This document shows positions 37,521-47,361 of a stretch of 64,000 bases of DNA, piece by piece. The notes under the pieces were generated by a model that worked only from the letters and a program-made list of their open reading frames with translations, did no database searches and was not told where the DNA came from. This DNA is from Psammoneis japonica. Taxonomy: Eukaryota. The stretch lies in NCBI GenBank assembly GCA_008632985.1, contig QPGO01000073.1, positions 62,001 through 126,000 of the forward strand. The letters are read 5' to 3'. Numbering within the stretch: the stretch's first letter is position 1; each line of letters opens with the position of its first letter. A program made the translations under genes and the position numbers.

Positions 37521-39540
37521 TTCAAGCATGTGTTCTTTCTGCAGTGGATTTGTCATCGTCCGTTGCTCCCAACACTCCATTCTGCAAATTTGGATTTGGG
37601 ACGACTCCTGCCGACAGTGGCAAAGCTGTGCAGAAGTTGTGCACAACCAAGCCTTGAGTCTCTGTCTTGTCAGATGTGGAGAAATTTTGTCTGACTGTGA
37701 CTGCTGCTGTCAAGAGCTCTCTGCACCAGCACACAATTTTTCCAAATGCGACAACGCTGCTGCATCGGCGCTTTCTCCAAACCTTGAATTTGAGACAATC
37801 AATGGCTGGTGCATTTTTCTTTAGGATGATTTTAAATGATTTCAATTTCTCACCCTCATGGTTGTTGCCACTCGCCTTTAGAATGACTGCACTCCCTGAT
37901 GAGGTGAGTGACATTTCCCCGAAGGTTGCAAGTTGTGGCATGGAGTGCACCACCTGCTCACAATGATTTGATTCTCAAATGGTGTTCAGCTTTGTTGCCG
38001 CCAACTGTTGCGTCTTCTTCAGTGCTTGACACTTTTCTCAACTGCACTGCACCGCAACTTGGTTGTTGCTGTCTTGAGGGACTGTGGCTCAACGAAGAAA
38101 AAGAGGTGGACTGGGCTGGTTCCACTTTTGTGCACGTCGTGCGTGTGTCACCGGGCATCTGCCTTGTCTTGCCCTTCCAGCAGTGGGATTGACGGAGCCC
38201 ATGTTTTTGAAACTTGGTGAGAAGCTTTCATCCCGCAGCAGGAATGTGCACCCGACAGCTTTGCAGCCCACACATTCAGCGTGCTTCATCAGGATTGGGA
38301 CAACCTGATCTTGAGCTTCCAGTGCCCCTGTGGCCCTGTGCCAGGGTTCTGCACATGTCAACTCCATTTTTTCAAGGCAAACGGCTCCACCTCGTGCTCA
38401 CCCCAGTGTCGGGTCTGCCACCCCTCTCACACAGGGCAGGTGCAATGACGTGTCATCTCCTGGGTGCCAAAGGATTGAGCACAATGCTCGCTGCGGTCTT
38501 GACTGAGTGCAAAATCCCAATCCATTCAGATGACATTGCCAACCTGGCGATTGTTGCAGAGGCTGTCAAGGTGCCAATCAATCCTTTCGAATGGGATTTG
38601 CTGCATTCTTGGGGTCGTGGAAGTGCCACTCTCACACTTTCTTGGCATTCCGTCCAATGCTTTGAAACTTGTGGATCCTGGCATTTCATTTGATGTTGCT
38701 GACATTGAACTTGACAATGGCTTTAGTTCGCCTGACCATTTTGATGGAAGGGGGCATTCCAGGCTTGGATGCAATTGTGAATGCAGGACAGTGTAAACCA
38801 TGTGTTGCACTCCACTGCTCGCTTTGCTGGAGAGCTGGAAACGCGTTGAAAGCCCCACAGCTCTGCCAGCATCGGTTGCAAGCAACATCTCCAAAGTGTC
38901 ACTTCGTTTCTTTTTGGGAAGGACAAGTTGAAGAGCGGCGATGATTTTTGGTGCTTCCAAGAGGCAAGAATGGAGAGAACGAGAAAGAGGGTGGGTTGGT
39001 GTGGCAACAGACGAATCAGGAGTTCTAGACCACGCGAGTTTAACTCAAGCGTGGATGAAATTGCAGCAGCAATTGTGAACGCAGAACGCAGATGGTGGCG
39101 ATGATCTAGTGCTGTTGTGTCAATGGAGGAAAATCACACTCGAGCAGAACCGAATCCAGGGAACAATTGTCCTTGCAGTGTGCTGGCACAGAAAGTCAAG
39201 AACTGCATTGTGTTTCATCATAAATGAATTGTGCCTTGTCCTCCAAAGACAGGTTTCAAAAGCAGACTATTTCCAAAAAAGTGGGTGTCTTGGTTGAACT
39301 TCCAACTTCAATTTTCCTTGGCGATGCCAAGAAGAAGGCAGACAAAATCAACCAAATCATCTTTCTTCTTCCCCAAAACGGCAACATTTTCCACGGGAGA
39401 GACGGGATTGTCTGAAAAGCCTCTGGCATCCAACCGGTTCGCAATGCTCCACAGCTTGGGCTTCGTCAACCCATTTGCTTGCCGAAATTCGCGCAGGGGT
39501 GCCGTTGTCCCTTTGCAGATGTCTTCCTGTGTGCAGGTTT

Positions 39541-39783
39541 TGACAGAAAATGAAGGTGACTGGGTGGAAGAAAACAACAACTCCTTGCTGCTGCCTGAAC
39601 AGCAGATGAGTCTCCGTGCAGAGACCGTTGCAGGAGCCGAAAGACTGGTGTCGTGATGTCGGCACTGCTGTCATTGTTCTTGTGAGCCGAGTGGCTTGAA
39701 AGCAAGCTGCATCGCGCAACGCACGCAGAACTGAGAGCACACACACTTGTGTGACAAACTAAAATCTTGTTCAAATCCTGTCA
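39541..39783 (-). repeat. 3' LTR
   Basis: TG...CA ends, adjacent to the PPT, paired with 43705-43948. Confidence 0.93.
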
Positions 39784-39957
39784 CTCCCCAGTTTGCTTGA
39801 GGGGTCAACAGCAATGGATTCAAAGTCGGATTGGTTGAAAGCCTCGGGATCAAAGTTCCAAAACATTAGAGGACAAAGGAGGCTCCAATGTTTGGGAGTG
39901 ACCCCAATGCTTGCTGAGGATGTCAGCTGGGTTGCGGGAGCCTTCGATGAAATGAAG

Positions 39958-41730
39958 CTAAAGGAAACCGGAGGCAATCGCCTCACGCACACGATGGAAT
40001 GAGAGGACGGTGTGTTGCTTGTCTAACTTGGAGTGCGGGATGGCAGCACTGTCCACAACCGACTTGTTGTCTCCAAACATGTGACATGTTTCACGAATGG
40101 GAACGCCAAGGTGACGCAAAGTGATGCACAGATCAATGATCTGCTCAACGCATGTCCTTGCGGCAACAAACTTGGATCCACACGCAGCGGTCTCAACTGT
40201 TGCTTGTTTCTCAGAGAACCAATCAGCCGGAAACTTGTTGAGGAAATGGAGGATGCCGGTGACAGAGCGTCCAGTGAGCATGCAATGGAACAAGTTCGCA
40301 TCAACGCAGTGTGTGGTGGTGAGAAACTTGCCAAGCAGCTTGGGTGCATCTTGCGGGAGCAGCTCTTCTACCTCCCCATGCACAGATTGAGCCCAGTCAC
40401 ACACGGGCTCAGGGAGGTCCGAACAGCCGGGCTCCTCGGTGCGCACTCGGAGGGCGCCATGATGCATCTTGGAGAGGAATCCGCAGATGCGTTTGGCGCG
40501 GTCTGGGTGGCCTTGACGGGGTGCTGCACGGAAGCCAGAAAGGGACATGACAGCCACAGCAATGTCAATGTGACCTGGAGATGCGGCCCATTGCAGGGAT
40601 CCAATCAAGGGTTGGAATTGGTGGATGCCATCCGGTTTGAGCAATTCGGAGGTGTCAAGCTCAGGGTGGTCACCCTTGTCAAGGGGTGAAAGCACATCAG
40701 TGCGGGGCTTCTCCTCAAAAAGGTGCACACAGTTGTCAACCATGTGCCCAGTGTGCTTGCAGGGAGCAAGGCACAGGGTGCCGTCTGGGTCACGGGTGAA
40801 GTCGCAGCCAAGATGGAACTCCAATGGTCCAGTGCCCTTGAGCTTGAACTTGTGTTTCTCCATGAGGGTGTCTGCAAAAGCCTGGGGGTCCTTCATGGCA
40901 AAGGCCAGGTCATCCACACACACTGCCATGCATTCGCAGTGGTCACCATTCCTGCGCAGCCAGATGACGTGTTCAGCTTTGCATGGGAAGAAGCCTTCAG
41001 CATGCAAGCAATCAACAAAGCATTCATGCCATCTGAGTCCGGAGCTGCGGAGTCCATGCAAAGCCTTGTGGATGACAAGGATGTGTCCTTCCAGGCCGCC
41101 AAACTCGGGGCCTGCTGTGATGTGCAGTTTCTCTTTGGTCGCAGCTTCGAGGCAGGCGTTCCCAATGTCAGTGGCCCAGGTCTCTAGTTCGTTGAGTTCA
41201 GCCAGGAAGATCATCATTCGCAGGCCACACAGAGACACTGCTCCGGAATGGACACTGTCGACGGGCACGTCTGTGAGGTGTCCATTGGCAACAAGCCTTG
41301 CTTTGTGCCACCCGTCATGTTTGACGTCACAGACGAGGTGCACCCAGATCTTCTTGTGTCCTGATGGAGCACTGGAATCCTCGTGGTGTCCACAGTCGTG
41401 GAAGACCTTGCACTCATCAAGCTGAGTCATCTTGAGGTCCGTTGCGCCTCCCCACTTGCAGTTGCCATTGCGCTCATCAAGGGCCATGGCATGCTTGCAG
41501 TCCCGTGGCACTTCACACCCATGCTTGCATCGTGGCGCAGCATGAAAGGTGCATGACTTGGCTTGGTTGGCCATGCAGAATGGCTTCTTCTGGCGAAGGG
41601 CTGTCTTGCGAAAACATCTCCATCCTTTGGTTTCTAGAAGGCCGTGCTCACGCACGCAGATGGCACAGGTTGTGGGGTCGTCCTTGGCAATGATGGCAAG
41701 GGGTTGGACGTGATCTCCCCATTCTCCCAT
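39958..41730 (-). pseudogene. pol: Copia reverse transcriptase-RNase H, inactivated (YVDD reads CVDD)
   Basis: HKARLVANG, DIGNACL, KALHGLRSSG, VCVDDL, VDANL, GRSVTG, FGDNKSV. There is no Tyr in 590 aa. Confidence 0.93.
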
Positions 41731-43704
41731 TCAAGCATGATGTTGCAGCTTGAGCCTTTCCAAGAGGGATCATGGGGTTGCAATGGTCCTTCGTGCGATG
41801 CAATGCACTGGAACTTCCAGAGGGTGGTGTCCTCGTCTTCTTGCTCAATGTGGTGCATGATGTCATTGCAGGCCAGCAAGTGAACTTGACCAGTTCAGGA
41901 TTGCCTCCAATTTTCCAGTTGTGGTCCTCAACGGCTTTGACGATGCAGGCTCTGTGGCATTGACCATCCTCTTGTGTCTTCATGAGGAAGGTGCATCCGA
42001 TGACATCCTTGGGGTCAAAGACCGGCATTTTGGGCATCCTGATTGCCTCCCCATCTGGTGAATCTGGCAAATCCTCGGAGTCGTGGTGGGATTTAATGAC
42101 AGGGTCAGCAGTTTTCTCATCAGGAGGATCAAGATGCAGGTTTGGAGCAGACGGATCACGGGCAGAGTGCACGTTGGAACGGCAGAAAATCTTCTGAGTG
42201 TCATCAGAAAGCATCTTGAATGTCATTTGGTGACCAATGTGTTCGGCGATGCCAACGAAGTGACTGCGCAATTCATGAGATTTGGACAGCCAGTCGGAAT
42301 CATCCAGGTGGCAGCACACGGGTTCCCACCATTGAAAGCGGAGGAGTGGGCTGATGTCAGGAGTGGAGCCGGATGGCACCTCGGCAGGGTTGCGCCAGTG
42401 GAGCTTGGCTGACGCCATGTGGTTGAGCACAAAGCACACGCACATCAGGGTGAGCAGTCAGGTGCAAGGCGGGGACTCAAAGCAATCCATGATGGTGTTG
42501 GCCATGGTCTTCACAGTTTGGCAGTGGTGTTCAGCAAAATTCTGATGCTGGTGGTGAGGCTCGCTTTGCCAACTAGAGATGAAGAGGGCACGAAAGATGC
42601 CAAGAACCTTGTTGCTGATTTCAACCTGAGCACGGTCGCTGATGAGCTTGGATGGGGCACCGCGGTTGCGAATGTTGTCCTCGAGGGTGTTGACAAATTC
42701 TTTGTCAGTTTTGGTGCCATGCACGTCAGTGACGAGAGATTCCGTGCCGACAAAGAGCTGGGTGCTGGTGCAACCAGAGTCAACAGCAGGGGTGTCGGAG
42801 CAGACCGTGTTGGCAGCAAAGGGTTCATTGCGTTGGTGGACATTGAGAGCCAGGTTGGGCGATTTGTGTGCCTTTTTCAGGTGCGTGCTGGCTGGCATGC
42901 GGGCGTGCTGCATTGTGCAATCAAAAGTGCGGCAGACAGTGTCCTTCGGGAGAAAGCCAAAGCAGGGGCAGAGGGACTCAAAGTCGGGATCCTTGGGATT
43001 GAGTTCGCGCTCATGGCATTCACAGAAGAAATCAGATGTCGGGAGCAGGTGATCATCAAGGACGGAGCCTCTTCAAGCATGGCGTTGTTGGCAACCGGTT
43101 GCTTGATGACCTGGGCTCGAATCCTGGGTGTTGCATTTTTCAAGTCGTTGGGTCAGATTTGGTCTAGTTGGTCAATCTTGATTAAATCCTGTCATGGTGC
43201 GATTCTCAGAGTGACGCACGCGTCTCTCTGTCTCAAAAACAGGGCATGCCCACCTCGGGGGGATGGCATTGTCGGGAAGCCCCCGTGAAACCATTGGGGC
43301 AGAACAGGGTGTTGCCGGTGTGCAGAGGGCAACCGTCAGTTCAGCGCACTTTGAACGAGGGGGGCGCAAAAAATTGCCCAGGGAATTTGGAATCTGTCAG
43401 TGATGCAGTCAACATCGGTGCGCTGTGGGGAGAGCCATGCATTGCGGCGAGAGTCTGCATTTGGGCCCTGTCTTCAACTCCGGCATCGAAGATGCAAGTG
43501 GGTCCCTTGACAGCAGTGGAGCTTTGTGAGAGGAGCGATTCAACCCACCCTTCCAAATGTTCCTGGGCAACTTAGAAACCTTTTGGGGGCGATTCAGGGA
43601 CAGCCACATCAGACAGATTTGTGACATGTGGGGAGTGACAGAATTTGAAGAAGAACCAAATGCCGGTGTGTCACTCTCTGGCTGAAACACATCCAGTTGC
43701 TGTG

Positions 43705-43948
43705 TGACAGTTTTGAAGATGACTGGGTGGAAGAAAACAACAACTTCTTGCTGCTGTCTAAATGGCAGATGAGTCTCCATGCAGAGACCATTGCAGGAGC
43801 CGAAAGACTGGTGTCATGATGTCGGTGCTGCTGTCATCATTCTTGTGAGCCGAGTGGCTCAAAAGCAAACTACATCGCGCAACGTGCACAGAACCAAGAG
43901 CACACATGATTGTGTGCCACAAACTAAAATCGTGTTCAAATCCTGTCA
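43705..43948 (-). repeat. 5' LTR
   Basis: Paired with 39541-39783 and followed by TSD GGTTT. Confidence 0.93.
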
Positions 43949-45493
43949 GGTTTTGCAGTCAAGTTCTGGGAGTTCAAAATGGCCAGACGGACTCAACAGC
44001 AACGCTCTCTTTTGATGAAGAGCGGCTTGATCATGTGCCAAATCCTTGCGCAGCTCATCCACCTCTTGCCCCATGGTTTTGAGTTCTCGCTTGAGGTTCG
44101 CGCGGCTCGCCAAAAGCATGCGGATGTTTTTCTTTTTCAGTTCCAAGCTCCTTTCCATCTCAAGGATCTCCTTGAAAAGCCTGTCTTGTTGGTCTGGTTG
44201 CGCACCGGCACCATTGGAGTTGGTCAAGTGTTGGTGTGGCTGGAGGGGGATCGGGGAGGGCATGGGAGGGAAAAACTGATTTGCATGAGCAGCTGCTGCT
44301 GGCGCCGGTGCAGAGCACTGGCAGTTGGCAGCTGCAGGCAGTTGGCAGCATCATGGTGGTTGGCAGCAGCAGGATCAAGATGCGGGCTTGTGGCACCCAG
44401 GGCCCTGAGGCAGCGGCACTCGCAATGTCGCAGAAGCAGTCAGCGTTGCAGGGCATGCCATTCACAGTCTGGCTGCTTGCACCAAATGCCGTCTGCCTGT
44501 CTGTCTCAAAGATCGTGGCTGCCGGGCGGCAGTGGAGCCGTGCCCGTCTGGTCACCTGTCAACCGGACCGATGGCGTGAATCCCGCGAACGAGCCGTTTT
44601 GGTTTGGAGCTTGACCACGATGCCCGTCCCCAGCTTGACCATCTTGCATGACGCCGACCAGCCGTTCAAAGACACTGCGATTGGGAGTCTGCATGAAGCT
44701 GTTCGGTCGACTGGGTCATGGTGAACCAAAGCCGTCAAGCAAAGGGGGCAGAAACGCCGACTGCTGCGACGGCGACGAGCCGTTTTGGTTTGGAGCTTGA
44801 CCATGATGCACGGAGCCTTGCCGCGCGGAGTGCTGCTGCAGGTCAAAGCCACCACCAATGTGCTGGAAGTTGTCATTCACATGATTGAGTTGTGGCAAAC
44901 CAATGCCATTGAGCAAAGGGGATGACAATGCCGACCGCTGCGACGGCAACGGATTCAAAAATGCGTTGTCTGAGCTGTGCGGCGAGGGCTGGTGGTTCTG
45001 AAACAAACAATCAGCAAACGACAACAAATGCAAGAGACTGTGTGTTCAACCGACGCGATGGGAAATGGTGAAAGAGACGGGTGTGCACCATTGTGGTTTC
45101 AAATGTTGCGTGTGTTGTGTTTCAAACTTCATGTGTTCTGTGTGTCAGAACGCGAGCTGGGAAAATTATGAGAGAGAAGCAGTGATGCTTTTGAACGCGG
45201 AAAGACCTCGAAGCCGACGGCCGCTGTTTTGAAAAATAACGGCAGAATTCGGATTTGGAGCAACGGCCATGAAGAGGCAAATTGTGTCTTGGTGGCGGCT
45301 GACGCGCCTGCGTTGACTTTGACAACGTCTTTGACGTCACGCTGATTCTAGGTTTTCGAGGTAAACGATTCGAAAATTGCCCTGAGAATGTTTTGACGAC
45401 GGAAGAAGCGCACGAGCTAGATTATCTTGCAATCTAGCATTCAAGCCCTTATCATTGTCAAAGATAATTTTTGAGGGACTACTATAACATCTA

Positions 45494-47016
45494 CTAAATT
45501 GGCGTTGGCTCTTTGGTATTGCCAAGACGAGCCAAGTACACAAAAGCATCTGTTCCGTATCCCTCCATACTCATAATACTCAAATCCCCTCCAAAGTATC
45601 GACAATACGACCGACTAATGGGCAATCCATATCCCAAACCTGCCAATGGCGAATCTACGGCGTGGTCTACATTCTCATTGAACGCCACCATGCCTTCTTG
45701 TACGGTGGGATCGGCAGTAGTAAAGAGATACGACCAAATCTTGTCCATGTTGCTGCGTGGAATTCCGCCACCCTCGTCGCTCACCTTGATGACCACGTCC
45801 TCGTTGTCTGCGCCATCTGCAATAACCACCTTGATAGGAGGATAGTCAGCGTCAATTCCGTGCCAATCTACTGTGGCTCTCATGCTGTTTTTCAAAAGCT
45901 CCAACAAAATGTAATCTACAAAATCAAAAGCAGACCAAGTCAGTCGGTTGTACACATCACCACATTACACAATTCAACAAAGTTCTGAAACTCACGCAAA
46001 TGAGTCGGGACATAGGGAAAAGTCAAATCCAATCGTCCCGTCATGATGACTTCGGGAGCATCACCATATTTTCTTGTACACATAAATGCCGCATCATCCA
46101 CGGCTCGCTTGACCACTTCATACGGACTGGTACGGGAACAAATAATTCCAACATAATTCTCCACAGGCGGTTGTCGCAGTGCCAGATACTGTCCAATCAA
46201 GACACGAATTCCAATACGACATAGATAGAATCGATCCAAAAAGGAATGCGTCGTTTGCATGCGTTCAAATTCGCTACCCGCCGCGTTTCCCTCGCGAATA
46301 GCACTCCGCAACTCAAAGGCACCACGAGCCATTTGTACCAAAACACCGGCGTGGCGTTCGTAAATATTTTCCACAACCGCAGCAAAGTGTTCTTCCTCCT
46401 CCTTGTGAACAATTTTTTGTGGAAGCGAAACGAGTTCGAGAAAGGATGTCGTGTACAATTCCTTGACGGCCGCGACCGACTCCATGTCTCGCATGAGTGG
46501 GACCTTGTCCAGGTCTTCAATACGATGAGCCAAGCGAATAGGGAGTTCTCTTCTGAGAAATCCGGCGACCTTGGAAGAGTGATATAGAGAAATTGATCAG
46601 TTTTAAATTACAGTAAGAAGACTTACAAAAAGAGTAGACCGCAGAGAAGTAACAAGTAGCATACAGAATAATAACACAAAAAATAAACACATACACACCT
46701 GTATCAATACCAATTGAGTTGCCGACTTGTCATCATCTGGGGAAACATCCTTGTACGTTTTGTGCAAAAACTCTCCTCGTCCCGTCTTCATGAGGGTCTG
46801 CAACGAAATTGATGTTTGTGGGTGCATGGCATGTTGATGAATAGATTGCGAGTCTTGCTCCGACACTCCTTCAATCAATGATGAGGATGATGCATAACGA
46901 CAGGAATGACTAGTACGACAAATTGCGTACGTTCTAGTGTCTCTCAGGATACTAGAGACTCGTCTAGTATGGAAATTGTGCCGCAACAGCGTCCGTGACA
47001 CCAAAGGCCGCATCAT
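45494..47016 (-). CDS. PDK: Mitochondrial pyruvate dehydrogenase kinase (PDK/BCKDK family), 3 exons (47016-46699, 46569-45996, 45915-45494)
   Basis: Arg/Ser-rich transit peptide, ELPIRLAHRI, FLDRFYLCRIGIRVLIGQ, ELLKNSMRATV, SDEGGGIP and LAGLGYGLPISR. Confidence 0.93.
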
Positions 47017-47361
47017 GGTTTGACAGCCAAAGAAAAATGATGTCGGTCGGATCGATGACGATGCGATGCTTCAGGATGCGTTGTGTAATTATGTACTGAT
47101 TTACTATGTAGAATTGTACATTGTGACCCGACTCAACGGACGTGTGGAGTTCGCTCGTCCAAAAACTGTATATTCTACTGAATATATATTAAGACGCAAG
47201 TTTTCCCGCCAAAGCTGTACCGCGACCCTCGTACAATGCACACGCTACACATCTTTTCATACAATTTCTACACAGACGTTACTCTAGCCTACGTGGCACC
47301 CAGAGGTGCGCGAGAAAGCACGCTTTTTGTTCACACACACACACACAACAAGAGACAAACC

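Larger units (their letters stand above)
39541..43948 (-). mobile_element. Ty1/Copia LTR retrotransposon, decayed and lacking gag/protease, with 5-bp TSD GGTTT
   Basis: Two ~243-bp LTRs TGACAG...CTGTCA (39541-39783, 43705-43948) with GGTTT on both flanks. PPT TGGGGAG lies at 39784-39790 on the minus strand. Domain order is integrase (42458-42913, LISDRAQVE, SEPHHQHQNFAE) then RT-RNase H (39958-41730). Confidence 0.95.
39308..44900 (-). pseudogene. Coiled-coil protein gene interrupted by the Copia insertion (parts ~44900-43949 and 39540-39308)
   Basis: Removing the element and one TSD joins ...FELPELDCKT to CTQEDICKGTTAPLREF... in frame. Confidence 0.65.
28600..45230. other. TE-rich hypermutated domain C (TpA converted to TpG/CpA)
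   Basis: TA is nearly absent over ~16 kb. The domain contains MITE-like units, a Crypton, a Copia element and decayed genes. Confidence 0.9.

Noticed and set aside
37520..38960. Minus-strand ORF fragments as a transposase
   Set aside because: No DDE or other diagnostic motif was recognisable after mutation, so the region is left unassigned.
39541..43948. Classical fungal RIP or pure CpG deamination as the explanation
   Set aside because: RIP would enrich TA and create stops, the opposite of what is seen. CpG decay is present but cannot convert Tyr codons to Cys/His.
39541..43948. ADAR-type A-to-I editing of retroelement RNA
   Set aside because: Changes are strand-symmetric, differ between the two LTRs, and also affect a DNA transposon and flanking non-retroelement sequence.
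28600..45230. Dozens of overlapping Cys/His-rich ORFs read as real genes or as an alternative genetic code
   Set aside because: They are explained by loss of TAA/TAG/TAY through TpA conversion. Neighbouring host genes use Tyr and standard stops normally.
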